Source of the DNA: Candidatus Thorarchaeota archaeon
GTDB taxonomy: Archaea; Asgardarchaeota; Thorarchaeia; Thorarchaeales; Thorarchaeaceae
NCBI GenBank assembly: GCA_048882485.1
Contig: JBHLRP010000014.1
Location: forward strand, 1 to 64,000
DNA: 64,000 nucleotides
Direction: 5' to 3'
Shown: positions 39,329-49,721 of the stretch, one piece after another
Position numbering within the stretch: position 1 is the stretch's first letter
How the letters are laid out: every line of letters starts with the position of its first letter
Notes under the pieces: generated by a model
What the model saw: the letters and a program-made list of their open reading frames with translations, nothing else
Database searches by the model: none
What the model was told of the DNA's origin: nothing
Program-made: the position numbers and the translations under genes

Positions 39329-39603
39329 CCGCCATGTACTAATGGTAATATTACAATCTTGTCGCCGTCTTCTAGCACAGTGTCGAGACCGCCTGTAAGA
39401 CCGACATCAGCCTCGTTCCTTAAAATCAGTGCTTCACGGTCGATTCTGTGGGTATCTATCCAGACCTTCTCAACTTCCTCCTCCGAATTTATGAGGCTCC
39501 TAAGAGTCATTTCTAGATTTGCCCCCTCATCTATCTCCACATGAAAGACATGTAAGCCCCTCTTGGATGCAAGAGGCCCACGAAATCGTATCTCGACTCT
39601 CAT
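39325..39603 (-). CDS. MoaD/ThiS/SAMP ubiquitin-like protein
   Basis: Beta-grasp size with C-terminal LPLVHGG. Confidence 0.88.
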   Translation of the reverse strand: MRVEIRFRGPLASKRGLHVFHVEIDEGANLEMTLRSLINSEEEVEKVWIDTHRIDREALILRNEADVGLTGGLDTVLEDGDKIVILPLVHGG

Positions 39604-39662
39604 TCCAATCGGGGCTTTAGATTTCATTTGACAGATAAAGGACACGGAAACGGTCATCAATT

Positions 39663-40598
39663 CTATCCATCTACTCTCAGTCTAGTCCACCAATCTGTGA
39701 TTCGGTGCCAGTGATTTTGTACATCCTCGATACGGTACTTGTATGCCGCGAATGTTAGCACAACGAACGTAATCATGAATAATCCTATTGTCAGACTCAG
39801 TAGAATCGGTGACCCGTAGAAATAATCTGGACCCTGTACAAGCGGGTCTGAACCTACCTTGAAGTTCTCGTTAATGAAATTCATGAATGTGTGTGCTGTT
39901 ATGGTCCCAACTAGAGTGCGACGACTCGAGAATTTCTCATAGTAATAGCCATAGAATAACGCGAAAATCGTAGAGAATACTACAAGTGAGATTGCCTGTC
40001 CAACAGAGAATCCGCTATCGAGTCCATTCACTATTGGCCAAGTGACATGCCATACGCCAAACAACAGTCCGGAAAGAAAAATCGCACCAAAGGTAGATGT
40101 TCTCTCTCTGAAGGTGTTCTGTAAAAGCCCTCTGAAAAGGACCTCCTCTAGGAACCCATTTGTGAGGAAGAAGAGGAACAGGTACCATAGAATATCGATA
40201 TTGAGAATCACGAAGGAAACATTGTAAGTTGGGTCCATGGCTCCATAGATGATCTTGGGAAACACATTCAGCATGAGATGCCATGCCGCAAAGATGCCAA
40301 TTCCCAACACGATTTGCGTTCGAAAATAGGGTCCCTTGGCTAGACCAAGAACCGAACTGAACTCAGTCCTTCTATATTTCCAAAACACTCCAGCTATAAT
40401 GAGAAGTGGGAACAGCTTGGAGGGCATGATGTTTATCCATGTGTCCCCTAGACCGAGGACAAAGATGTCTACGATTCGCCAGACTACCGCTACAAGGAAA
40501 AGAAGCCCGGCAAGGGGCAAAAGCCCCATCTTTGAGAGAGGGTGCTCAGAAATCTGTTCCTTGCTTTGAGGTTCCTGAGCCACTTCAGTAATTGTCAT
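39663..40598 (-). CDS. CPBP/Abi family intramembrane glutamic protease
   Basis: EEVLFRG, FGVWH, HTFMN motifs. Confidence 0.9.
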   Translation of the reverse strand: MTITEVAQEPQSKEQISEHPLSKMGLLPLAGLLFLVAVVWRIVDIFVLGLGDTWINIMPSKLFPLLIIAGVFWKYRRTEFSSVLGLAKGPYFRTQIVLGIGIFAAWHLMLNVFPKIIYGAMDPTYNVSFVILNIDILWYLFLFFLTNGFLEEVLFRGLLQNTFRERTSTFGAIFLSGLLFGVWHVTWPIVNGLDSGFSVGQAISLVVFSTIFALFYGYYYEKFSSRRTLVGTITAHTFMNFINENFKVGSDPLVQGPDYFYGSPILLSLTIGLFMITFVVLTFAAYKYRIEDVQNHWHRITDWWTRLRVDG

Positions 40599-40694
40599 TT
40601 GAGATACCTCTAGTGTTGTATCGCGTCCAGTTGAGAGTCATATCATTGGAATTTAAAGACCGAAAAACGTCGATTTTCTGAAAAAGGGGGGCTG

Positions 40695-40719
40695 AGATTC
40701 CTCGAGGCTGGAGGAATCT
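40695..40719 (-). terminator. Hairpin, putative terminator
   Basis: 9-bp inverted repeat AGATTCCTC/GAGGAATCT followed on the minus strand by a C/T tract. Confidence 0.5.
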
Positions 40720-40737
40720 TCAATTCACCACATAATG

Positions 40738-41427
40738 CTAGTACGCCGCTGCTGCTACTTCAACGGCATCGGCAGTGGCATGTTCTCGTCTGTACCATGG
40801 ATTCACCATAGCTACTGTATAGGTGATGACACTTATAGCAGTGATAATATCTGCCACAAAGCCTATTCCCAGGGCCATCATGGCGACTTTACCACCCTGA
40901 CTTATGATGGAGAGAATGGTGGCGAATACCATGAGGTCACTTCGAACCTCCTTGAGTCTACCAGTTTTCCAAGTTATGGTGAACATGACGAGCCAGCCCA
41001 CCATCAGTACTAGCAGAAAGGGTATTACCATTATCATGATTTGTTCTCGGCTTGTGCCAAGAAGAGTGGCTGAAATCCAATATACTGCAAATGCCGCAGT
41101 GATTTTGTTGTAATGTCGTTTCAACCTTGGAGCTAGAACGGTAAGAAGCACAATCACCATGGGGACGACCATTACCAATACCACAAAGGCACGTATACGA
41201 AACATCTCAACAGAATCTCCGATTACGCCTAGCAAAGGTAAGGCCTGAAGAACTTGGCTTACTGCTGAGCTGATGAAGATTATACTGAACATCAATGGAA
41301 GATCAGTATAGAGCCTGTTTTCTTGCTTTCTCCACAGAAAATAGAGGTACGTGGACAGACAGAAAGACAGGAAAGCAGTCGTTAGACTAGAGATTACTGT
41401 TGGATCCAGAATAGTCTGCAAAGTCAT
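40738..41427 (-). CDS. Hypothetical multi-pass membrane protein (~7 TM)
   Basis: Seven hydrophobic stretches. GGAG SD before ATG 41427. Confidence 0.75.
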   Translation of the reverse strand: MTLQTILDPTVISSLTTAFLSFCLSTYLYFLWRKQENRLYTDLPLMFSIIFISSAVSQVLQALPLLGVIGDSVEMFRIRAFVVLVMVVPMVIVLLTVLAPRLKRHYNKITAAFAVYWISATLLGTSREQIMIMVIPFLLVLMVGWLVMFTITWKTGRLKEVRSDLMVFATILSIISQGGKVAMMALGIGFVADIITAISVITYTVAMVNPWYRREHATADAVEVAAAAY

Positions 41428-41574
41428 CGGAACTCCTTGATATGGACAAACTTTCATGCGGATGTTGATTATTAAGGACCCCAGAATTCTTTCAGATGGC
41501 ATATTCTCTCATTTGTGCATCAAATCTACTCCCTATCATCGGTTTGCTGCTGTGTACGAAATGTGTATCCAGTG

Positions 41575-42546
41575 CTACATACCAAATGATTGTTTCAGAA
41601 CCTCTGCATTTACGTAACCTGCTTTGTAGGTCTTACCCTTGACAATGTCATTAAGGGTGATTTCTGCAGGACTGAAGAGAAGCGGATCGACTTTATAGAA
41701 GTCGAATTCGAAACTCTTGAACAGCTTGAAGAAGGGCTGACCATACTGCTTAGATGCTGAAGACGGTGCTTTCTCTGCGAGGTCTGCAAGGTCATCCTCC
41801 TCATCCGGTCTGATGAAATAGAACGTACGCCCAGCATATAGAATACAGTCATTGGTGACCCCCATCGCCTTATTGTCATTCTTGGCTACTGGCCCTATAG
41901 GCGCAACACCATGTCCAGCTCGAATCTTGCTTGGGTCGAACTTCAGTTCGTGCAGTTTGTGTACACCCACTTCCACGACCCTGGCTGAGATTTGCACCGA
42001 ACCAGCAACACAAGCGGTCGGCGTCATTACACAATAGAGGTCTGATGTTGAGATTCCACATTTCTCAGCAATGAAATTGGTGGCAAACTCGGGCGGTGGA
42101 TTTCGTGTTTCAAGCACAATCACACCAACCTTGGCCTTGTCTTTATAGTCAAGCTCCTTGTAGAGCTTCTTCTCAACAACCGCCAGGGCTCTGGCCGGAC
42201 CTGAACCCATTGCAAAGTACTTCCCCTCGTCGCCCTTGATATCAACAAGCCATCCAGCAAATTGCGATCCCATTGTCGCAATCTTAGGATGATCAGTACT
42301 GACCACGACAGCGGGAAATGTCATGTCGCCGACATGCTGGTGGGTTATCCTCACGGTTCCAAGACCTCCGAGACATATCTCCCCGACGAGTCTTCCAGCT
42401 TCAATTCCTCCGGATGCGTCAATGCCCGCGTCAATCAGGGTTGCTCCATTACCCTGTTCTTTCACAGTGCAATTGAGCTGTTCCTTCTTATCCATCATCT
42501 CCTTGACAATCTCGAATGCATTCTCGTTAACGCTTGGATCTTTCAT
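41575..42546 (-). CDS. mch: Methenyl-H4MPT cyclohydrolase
   Basis: SVNE, GSQFAGW, MGSGPARAL, GSVQISARVVE, TNDCILY, DFYKVDP.LFSPA. Confidence 0.96.
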   Translation of the reverse strand: MKDPSVNENAFEIVKEMMDKKEQLNCTVKEQGNGATLIDAGIDASGGIEAGRLVGEICLGGLGTVRITHQHVGDMTFPAVVVSTDHPKIATMGSQFAGWLVDIKGDEGKYFAMGSGPARALAVVEKKLYKELDYKDKAKVGVIVLETRNPPPEFATNFIAEKCGISTSDLYCVMTPTACVAGSVQISARVVEVGVHKLHELKFDPSKIRAGHGVAPIGPVAKNDNKAMGVTNDCILYAGRTFYFIRPDEEDDLADLAEKAPSSASKQYGQPFFKLFKSFEFDFYKVDPLLFSPAEITLNDIVKGKTYKAGYVNAEVLKQSFGM

Positions 42547-42558
42547 ACTCTTCTCTCC

Positions 42559-43413
42559 TCAGAGCAAGTGTTGATTTGCTGCTTCACGCAAATAGATCTC
42601 CTGTTTCGGGTCGCCCTCTGCAAAGTCGCCCATGAACTTCGCCCATTTCTCAGCAAAGTCTAGATCTTTACTGATGAAGTCTGGTCTCCGAGACTTCAAG
42701 TATTTCAGGTAGTAGTTCGTGAACTCCCTCTCAGAACTGCCGCTGAACTTGTAGGTGGGTAGCAGCGAATCCACCTTTCCAAGGCAGAATATCATGCCTT
42801 TCGTGGCTTCAACACCAAGACGGTCTGCGATATTCCCTACAATTATGATTGTTCCACCTTTCATTCTGACTCCTGCAAGTGTGTCTACATCGCCTTTCAC
42901 TGCAATGAAGCCCTTTCTCATATGAGCGCCCATCTCACGTCCTACATTACCTGCGATATAGACCCTGCCTCCTTTCATCCCATCTGGACTGCCACGATAC
43001 CCAGCACAGAGATAATCTCCAGCATCTCCTTCTATCTGGATGTTTCCGCCCTCCATCTCTGCAGCGGCCCATGAGCCTACAGAGCCCTTGACGTGTATTC
43101 TACCTGCTATCATCTCAGCACCTAGATACATACCAACGTTTCCTTCTACCGTAATCCTCCCACCATTCATGCCTTTGCCTATCATCTTGACATCTTTCAA
43201 ATTGCCACTTACAACAATCTCAGTCTCGTCGGCAGTGGCACCTGCATCTCCAGAGATATCAAAGAAGGTCGCAAGATCCAGGGTTTGATTTCCTTGAAGA
43301 ACTGCCAACATCCCTATCTCCGCAGCGCTTTTCCCTGCAAAATGAGTCGGAGTTATGGTGTCTGCCTCTAGAGGGATCTCCGGTTCTTTGGTCAACTTCA
43401 GATGCACAGTCAT
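42559..43413 (-). CDS. fwdC: Formylmethanofuran dehydrogenase subunit C
   Basis: GXGXG beta-helix repeats and AGYRGS..GMKGG. Confidence 0.92.
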   Translation of the reverse strand: MTVHLKLTKEPEIPLEADTITPTHFAGKSAAEIGMLAVLQGNQTLDLATFFDISGDAGATADETEIVVSGNLKDVKMIGKGMNGGRITVEGNVGMYLGAEMIAGRIHVKGSVGSWAAAEMEGGNIQIEGDAGDYLCAGYRGSPDGMKGGRVYIAGNVGREMGAHMRKGFIAVKGDVDTLAGVRMKGGTIIIVGNIADRLGVEATKGMIFCLGKVDSLLPTYKFSGSSEREFTNYYLKYLKSRRPDFISKDLDFAEKWAKFMGDFAEGDPKQEIYLREAANQHLL

Positions 43414-43549
43414 AAGTCAGACCATCCTAATGACGATTTTCGAATCCTTTCCTCCTCTTAAAACCTCTGAACAACTGACTTGGCAAATAAGTAAGAAAGA
43501 AATAGCACAAGTGTTGCCCGTACTCACACCAAATACAGCGGTGCGTGAG

Positions 43550-44446
43550 ATGGAGATCAACGGTGTACCAGTCGAGGACACATTTGCAGAAGCATTTAGT
43601 ATGCATATGAACAGGACTATCATCACAGCCTATGATCAGGAATGGGCCTACACTACTGCTTTGGAGGCAACAGGTTTCGGCACTTCAGTGATTATGGCTC
43701 CCGCGGAGGCGGGAATTGAGTACTTGCTTGGACCAGATGAAACCCCAGACGGTCGTCCAGGTGTCAGAGTGATCTTTGCAGTTGGTTCGAAGAAGAAGCT
43801 CGAGCCGCAATTGCTAGCTAGACTAGGTCAGTGCGTTCTCACAAGTCCAACAGCGAGTGCGTTCGATGACACACCTAATCCCAAGGATCTCTATGAGATA
43901 GGGAAGAAGGTATCATTGTTTGGAGATGGTTATCAGACCAAGAAAGGTCCAATCGATGGAAGAGTTCTATGGTTGATTCCAAGAATGAGTGGGACCTGCG
44001 TCATGCAGAATATGTTCGGCCGCGTGAAGGGAGTTGCCGGCGGCAATATTATCTACACTTGCAAGGATGTAAAGAGCGGCATGGAGAGTGGAAAAGCTGC
44101 GGTCAAAGCCATTGAGAAGGTTGAAGGCGCCTACACGCCATTCCCAGGAGGACTTGTGGGGTCTGGATCTAAACCATCTTCGCGATACAAGGTTCTCTTT
44201 GCGTCGACAAACGAGAAATTCTGTCCAACATTACGTGCATTGGTACCGGATACGATGGTCCCCAAGGGCAGCGAGTTCGTGCAGGAGATAGTAATCAATG
44301 GCCTAACCAAAGAAGCAGTGGCCAATGCGACCAAGGTCGCCATAGAAGAGGTCTGCAAGCATCCTGGCATCACAAAGATGACAGCTGGCAATTATGGCGG
44401 AAAGCTAGGAGAGCATCAGATTCATCTTCATGAGCTTTTCAAATAG
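43550..44446 (+). CDS. ftr: Formylmethanofuran:H4MPT formyltransferase
   Basis: MEINGVPVEDTFAEAF, TPDGRPG, GQCVLT, AGNYGGKLG. Confidence 0.96.
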   Translation: MEINGVPVEDTFAEAFSMHMNRTIITAYDQEWAYTTALEATGFGTSVIMAPAEAGIEYLLGPDETPDGRPGVRVIFAVGSKKKLEPQLLARLGQCVLTSPTASAFDDTPNPKDLYEIGKKVSLFGDGYQTKKGPIDGRVLWLIPRMSGTCVMQNMFGRVKGVAGGNIIYTCKDVKSGMESGKAAVKAIEKVEGAYTPFPGGLVGSGSKPSSRYKVLFASTNEKFCPTLRALVPDTMVPKGSEFVQEIVINGLTKEAVANATKVAIEEVCKHPGITKMTAGNYGGKLGEHQIHLHELFK

Positions 44447-44556
44447 AGCATAACAAAAACATAAGTACACACCCCTTCTCCATGTCGAAAGCTTTATGTC
44501 CAAATTCAGTGCGGACTGCGAAATGACATCGCTCTAGGAGGGTTGTCAGGACGGAT

Positions 44557-44634
44557 GCCTCAGTAGCTCAGACTGGTTAGATCGCCTCCTTGGTAAGGAG
44601 GAGGCCGAGGGTTCAAATCCCTCCTGGGGCTCCA
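44557..44634 (+). tRNA. tRNA-Thr(GGT)
   Basis: Acceptor stem GCCTCAG/CTGGGGC, anticodon arm CCTCC-TTGGTAA-GGAGG, TTCAAAT, TCCA end. Confidence 0.95.
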
Positions 44635-44640
44635 CTTCTT

Positions 44641-45006
44641 CTAATGATCATTGTTATTGTATTCTGCCACCAAGTAGGAGAGGTCATCGCACGATGCCCG
44701 AAGGACGTTATCTCCCCTGATTCCTCTCAGAGCGACCACTACAAGATAGCCCCCGATAAGTAGGAGTATGGCTATACCTACAACAAGCCCCGTTATGAGA
44801 GGAAGGACTTCGTTGATTGAGTAGTAGTTTGATGTGGCAATCAGAATTGTCAAGAGCGACATTGGTATTGTCAATATACCGATTCCCGTTCGCAATTCAG
44901 CTAAGTGGGTTCTCTTCTCCGCGTCTATCGTACGAATGAATGCCAAAGCTGTTCTCAAGTTGCTCTGCTGTGTCTTATCATCAAGTTCGTATCTGTCTGT
45001 TGTCAA
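44641..45006 (-). CDS. DUF202-like small membrane protein
   Basis: AEKRTHLAELRTG followed by 2 TM segments. TTG start placed just after the stop of the 45017-45262 ORF. Confidence 0.65.
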   Translation of the reverse strand: MTTDRYELDDKTQQSNLRTALAFIRTIDAEKRTHLAELRTGIGILTIPMSLLTILIATSNYYSINEVLPLITGLVVGIAILLLIGGYLVVVALRGIRGDNVLRASCDDLSYLVAEYNNNDH

Positions 45007-45016
45007 AGCAGTCCCT

Positions 45017-45262
45017 TCATTGGTCTTCGAGCAGAGGGTCTTTAGGTTTCGATTTTCTGTTCTGTTTTCGCCGTCTAGCAAACAGGCGGGTGGCCTCTTC
45101 TGGACCCACCAATTCTGATACTCTCCTAAAAGCCTCAGGATCGTCCTCCCTGTCCAGCCACTTTTCAACCTCCCTAGCGATAGAAGGTGCTAGGTCCTTT
45201 GCAAGTTTCTTCTTGCGACCTTTTCTGTCTAGGTCGAAATCGTCTGGACCAAGTAGACTCAT
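45017..45262 (-). CDS. Small hypothetical protein
   Basis: 81-aa charged ORF in an operon-like arrangement. Confidence 0.55.
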   Translation of the reverse strand: MSLLGPDDFDLDRKGRKKKLAKDLAPSIAREVEKWLDREDDPEAFRRVSELVGPEEATRLFARRRKQNRKSKPKDPLLEDQ

Positions 45263-45419
45263 CTTACTCGCTATCGATTACCGCAGGACCATATATGACC
45301 TTATTCATTACTGAAACGCAAAATTTCCCGCCAAATGTCGAATTCATCAGGATTTCAATATGGCTGAAGTAAGAACAGAAAAGAGGGGGTTATAGTCTGG
45401 CACACACGAGGAATCCTGA

Positions 45420-47108
45420 GTGCGAGAGAAGAATCCCAGAAACCTTCCGTGGTGGAAGAAGACTACCGTATATCAGGTCTATCCACGCAGTTTCAAAGAC
45501 AGTACAGGTAATGGGATTGGTGATATTCCTGGTATAATCTCAAAGCTGGATTATCTGCAAAATCTAGGAGTCGAAACCATCTGGTTCTCCCCATTCTTCT
45601 CAAGTCCTCAAGCAGATCATGGGTATGATGTGAGCAACTACCGGAATATAGCACCGGAATATGGCACGATGGCTGATTGTGACAGACTCATTCAGGAGAT
45701 TCACCATCGGGCCATGTATGTTGTGTTTGATATGGTCCTCAACCACACAAGTGACCAGCATCCATGGTTCCTCGAATCCCGTTCAAGCCGAGAGAATCCA
45801 AGGCGTGATTGGTACATATGGCGTGATGGTCGAAAACCAGGGGGCAAGAAGCCCCCGAATAACTGGAAGGCGATGGTGGGTGGTTCAGGATGGCATTATG
45901 ATGAACTGACCGACCAATGGTATTGGGCTCAATTTCTTCCTTTTCAGCCAGACCTCAATTATCGTAATCCTGAGGTCAAGAGAGAAATGTTTGATACAAT
46001 GCGATTCTGGTTGGATAAGGGAGTGGATGGATTTCGCCTCGACATCATCAATACAATCTATGAGGATGAACAGCTAAGGGATAATCCGTTTGCGCTCTCT
46101 CTCTTACCGTCCGATGAAGACGCGAGGAGTATGTTCCAAAACAATATCCATACGATCAACCACCCTGAGAACTATGCCTTCGTGAAGGAATTGAGACGTA
46201 TCACAGATGAATATTCCAACCCTGAACGATTCCTGGTTGGAGAAGTCACGTCCTCGCTCGAAGTATTGAAGAAATATTCCGGTGAGATTGTGGATGCTAC
46301 AACAGATGGCCTTCACCTGACTTTTCAATTCCAATCACTCAATGTCAAACCAGCCGCAGAAGCAATGCGAAACTTGATTGAAGAATATGAACGATTCTTC
46401 CGCGAACCATACATACCAACATGGGTATTTTCCAATCATGATCAGACACGTAGAATCAGTAAAATTCGTAATGATATTGCACTTGCAAAGCTCAATGTCA
46501 TGATACAACTGACTGCCCGGGGAATTCCTTTCATCTACTACGGTGAAGAGATTGGCATGCCCAGCCACAAAATTCCGCTGAAGAGAGGACAGGATCCTAT
46601 TGCTAAGAAATTCAGTAGGATTCCTCAGTTTATTGTTAATCTCCTGACAAGAAGCAGGAGGATTACTCTTAATCGGGATGAATGCAGAACCCCAATGCAA
46701 TGGGATGCCTCACCAAATGCAGGCTTCTGTCCAGAAGACTCTGACCCATGGCTACCGATAGCACCGGGTTTCGAAGAAATCAATGTAGAGATTGAAGAGG
46801 CAGATAGCGAATCACTGCTTCATTTCTACAAGGAATTATTGCATCTTCGTAAAAACACGCCAGCACTTCATTCAGGCACACTGATTTTGATTGAATCGCA
46901 GACCAATCGAAAGAATGTTCTCGCCTTTGAACGGAAATTCGACAAACAGACAGTGCAGGTCTGGTTGAATATGTCCAAGAAGAGCATTTCAGTTAAGAAA
47001 CCGCAAGCTCCGCCCAAGATATTATTCTCTGCATTGAGTGGCTCACACCCAATTGGAGATGATATTATCCGATTGGAATCACTTCAGGGAATCATCCTTG
47101 AGTTGTAG
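45420..47108 (+). CDS. GH13 alpha-glucosidase/oligo-1,6-glucosidase
   Basis: YQVYPRSF, DHGYDV, NHTSDQHPWF, QPDLN, DGFRLD, SNHD, RDECRTPMQW. Confidence 0.95.
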   Translation: MREKNPRNLPWWKKTTVYQVYPRSFKDSTGNGIGDIPGIISKLDYLQNLGVETIWFSPFFSSPQADHGYDVSNYRNIAPEYGTMADCDRLIQEIHHRAMYVVFDMVLNHTSDQHPWFLESRSSRENPRRDWYIWRDGRKPGGKKPPNNWKAMVGGSGWHYDELTDQWYWAQFLPFQPDLNYRNPEVKREMFDTMRFWLDKGVDGFRLDIINTIYEDEQLRDNPFALSLLPSDEDARSMFQNNIHTINHPENYAFVKELRRITDEYSNPERFLVGEVTSSLEVLKKYSGEIVDATTDGLHLTFQFQSLNVKPAAEAMRNLIEEYERFFREPYIPTWVFSNHDQTRRISKIRNDIALAKLNVMIQLTARGIPFIYYGEEIGMPSHKIPLKRGQDPIAKKFSRIPQFIVNLLTRSRRITLNRDECRTPMQWDASPNAGFCPEDSDPWLPIAPGFEEINVEIEEADSESLLHFYKELLHLRKNTPALHSGTLILIESQTNRKNVLAFERKFDKQTVQVWLNMSKKSISVKKPQAPPKILFSALSGSHPIGDDIIRLESLQGIILEL

Positions 47109-47166
47109 TAAAATGTGGGCTCCGCTATTCTTATAACCGAAAGTAAGGACCCTGCGTCTACCAACA

Positions 47167-47276
47167 GGGTCGGTGGTCTAGCTTGGCTATGATTCCTGGT
47201 TTGGGACTTGCTGACCATTAGGGTCTGCGAGCAAGTTTCCAGGGGATCAGGAGTTCGAATCTCCTCCGGCCCACCA
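47167..47276 (+). tRNA. tRNA-Pro(TGG) with a 32-nt intron at 37/38 (47206-47237)
   Basis: Acceptor stem GGGTCGG/CCGGCCC. BHB formed by the TTTG/CAAG helix with GGA and TTT bulges. Encoded CCA. Confidence 0.93.
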
Positions 47277-47375
47277 TTTTTGGAAGACTTGATTCGATTC
47301 TCTCCAGATGGATGTTTTAGAAGCGACTTCGGCAATAGTCGAAATCCTTATCACTGAAATATGAGAGGGTTTGCT

Positions 47376-48101
47376 ATGTCAATGCAGTCGTCTGTCAGAG
47401 AGAGACTTGCACGACGCATTGCCGGCGAGATAGCATTGTCTGATTACCCTGGGCAAACAATGCGTGTCTGGAGAGAACGCTTTCGACTTCCTCAGATCGA
47501 GCTTGCTGACTACATTGGTATAAGTCCGAGTGTCATCAGTGATTATGAATCAGGGCGGAGGAAATCGCCGGGGACATCAACTATACGGCGTTTTGTGATG
47601 GCACTGATATCTCTTGACGAACGTAATGGGGGTCAAGTGATTGCTGCATTTGTTCGCCTCATGGATGTAAGTCTGGTTGACCTCAACATAGTCTTGGCCA
47701 TGAGCGATTTTCTTTCTCCTATTACTATGGACGATTTCTGCAAGCGGTTGAAATGCAGTGTCAAAACTGGGATGAATCTGTTACAGAAAGAAATCTATGG
47801 ATACACTTTGGTTGATGTTGAGAGGGCTGTGAAAGAGCTTAGCAGTGAAGGGTTCTTGAAGCTCTTTGGTGCTACAACTGAACGATGCCTGATATTTACA
47901 AAGGCAAATACCGGGCGCGCTCCAATGATTGCGATTAAATCTCAAGAGTTCAAGCCAACTCTAGTAATCCTTCATGGCGTAGATGAGGTTGATAGACTTG
48001 CGCTTGAGCTCTCAGAGCAAATGAGAATTCCTCTCGCGGTTAGTAAGATCAGCTCAATTGATGTGCTTGTTCGAGAACTCCGCAGCATAGATCCAGATTA
48101 G
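47376..48101 (+). CDS. Archaeal HTH transcriptional regulator (COG1709-type)
   Basis: IAGEIALS, SPSVISDYESGRRKSPG, TGRAPMIAI. Confidence 0.88.
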   Translation: MSMQSSVRERLARRIAGEIALSDYPGQTMRVWRERFRLPQIELADYIGISPSVISDYESGRRKSPGTSTIRRFVMALISLDERNGGQVIAAFVRLMDVSLVDLNIVLAMSDFLSPITMDDFCKRLKCSVKTGMNLLQKEIYGYTLVDVERAVKELSSEGFLKLFGATTERCLIFTKANTGRAPMIAIKSQEFKPTLVILHGVDEVDRLALELSEQMRIPLAVSKISSIDVLVRELRSIDPD

Positions 48102-49012
48102 CCAAGTATCATTTTCAAAATGGCCATCCTAGTGACCACACCATTGTATACCTGATCGAAGTATTTGGCATGTGGAGTGCTGTCAATATCTGGAGATAGC
48201 TCATCCACACGAGGAAGGGGGTGCAAGACAATTGCGTCCTCACGCATTAGTTTGAGGTCGTTAGCTGTGATTCGGAACTTGCCTCTAACTTCGTCATACT
48301 CATTTACATCAGGAAAGCGTTCCTTCTGGATGCGCGTCATATAGACAACATCCACGTCGCTAATGGCGTCTTCAACAGATTCGACTTCGGTGACCTTTAT
48401 GCCTGACTTCTTCATTTCCTCAACAATTGCTGGTTTCATTCTTAACGTGTGCGGAGCAGCCAGCTTGACATTGACATCATAGTATGAGAGTGCCATCCCG
48501 AGAGAATGAACAGTTCTGCCGTACCTCAAATCCCCGCAGAGCGAGATTGATAGACCGTCTATTTTGCCTTTTATCTTCTTGATGGAATACAGGTCGAGAA
48601 GGGCCTGCGTCGGATGCTCTTCAGAACCACTGCCCGCATTGACTATGGGGACGCTTGAGAACTCTGCTGCGACTCTTGCCGAACCATCTAAGGGGTGTCG
48701 TATCACAATGATGTCTGCGTATCTTTCAACTGTGCGGATGGTATCTGCAAGAGTTTCACCCTTGCCTCCAGCTGATGAAGAGATAACATCTGCAAATCCA
48801 AGAACGCGACCGCCTAGTCTGATCATTGCACTCTCAAATGAAAGCCGAGTTCTAGTTGAAGGTTCAAAGAAGAGTGTCGCCATGATCTTGTTACTCAGTT
48901 CGTTTGACCTATCGACAGCAACAGACTCCATCTCCTCCGCAGTCTTGAGAATCCTGTCTATCGTTTCCCGGTCAAGGTCATGGATGCTGATTAGATTGTG
49001 CAGCCTTCCCAT
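48098..49012 (-). CDS. pyrB: Aspartate carbamoyltransferase catalytic subunit
   Basis: FFEPSTRTRLSF, HPTQALLD, RIQKERF, HPLPR. Confidence 0.97.
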   Translation of the reverse strand: MGRLHNLISIHDLDRETIDRILKTAEEMESVAVDRSNELSNKIMATLFFEPSTRTRLSFESAMIRLGGRVLGFADVISSSAGGKGETLADTIRTVERYADIIVIRHPLDGSARVAAEFSSVPIVNAGSGSEEHPTQALLDLYSIKKIKGKIDGLSISLCGDLRYGRTVHSLGMALSYYDVNVKLAAPHTLRMKPAIVEEMKKSGIKVTEVESVEDAISDVDVVYMTRIQKERFPDVNEYDEVRGKFRITANDLKLMREDAIVLHPLPRVDELSPDIDSTPHAKYFDQVYNGVVTRMAILKMILG

Positions 49013-49104
49013 CAGTTTCCGCTCCAGTTATTGGGCGATGTGCAACTGACGACGTACTTTAAGCTTTCCAGAGAGCAGTTCCTACTCCAAAGTTGGCGCG
49101 CATA

Positions 49105-49581
49105 CTAATTGGAAGAATTCCTCCCATATTTTCGAGGAATCTCGACTTGTCTTATTTTGAGTCCTGCTTCATCAATAAGCTGGGCTGCAAGCTTGTCCTC
49201 ATAATGCTCGATGTACACTATCTCTTTGATTCCTGCATTGATCAGAATCTTGGTGCAAATACTGCAGGGTCTTGTTGTGCAGAATATCATAGCGTCATTC
49301 ACACTTACACCATGATACGCGGCCTGAACGACGGCGTTCTGTTCTGCGTGAAGTCCCCGACACAGCTCATGTCGTTCACCTGGTTTGACACCAAGCTCCT
49401 CACGCATACAGCCAACCTCTTCACAATGCTTCAGTCCTTTTGGCGCTCCATTGTATCCCGTACTGAGAATCTGTGACTCCTTTACAATAACAGCTCCTAC
49501 TTGGTTTCTTAGGCAAGTGCTTCTCGATGATACCAAGTCTGCAATCTCGCAAAAGTAGACGTCCTTGCTTTTCCTTGCCAA
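49105..49581 (-). CDS. dCMP deaminase
   Basis: RSTC, TGYNG, HAEQN, PCSIC zinc motif. TTG start with a GGAG SD. Confidence 0.92.
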   Translation of the reverse strand: MARKSKDVYFCEIADLVSSRSTCLRNQVGAVIVKESQILSTGYNGAPKGLKHCEEVGCMREELGVKPGERHELCRGLHAEQNAVVQAAYHGVSVNDAMIFCTTRPCSICTKILINAGIKEIVYIEHYEDKLAAQLIDEAGLKIRQVEIPRKYGRNSSN

Positions 49582-49721
49582 TATCCGAACAGCTCCTTGA
49601 TTCTTGAGCAGACCGTTCGCTCTTATGAAGGTCTTTGTCCATCCATCGTGGAATGGTAAAGGTAAAAAGAACACTGGTCCTGTGAGCGCCTGTCCGCGGA
49701 ACTAAGGAGAATCTCGCAGTA

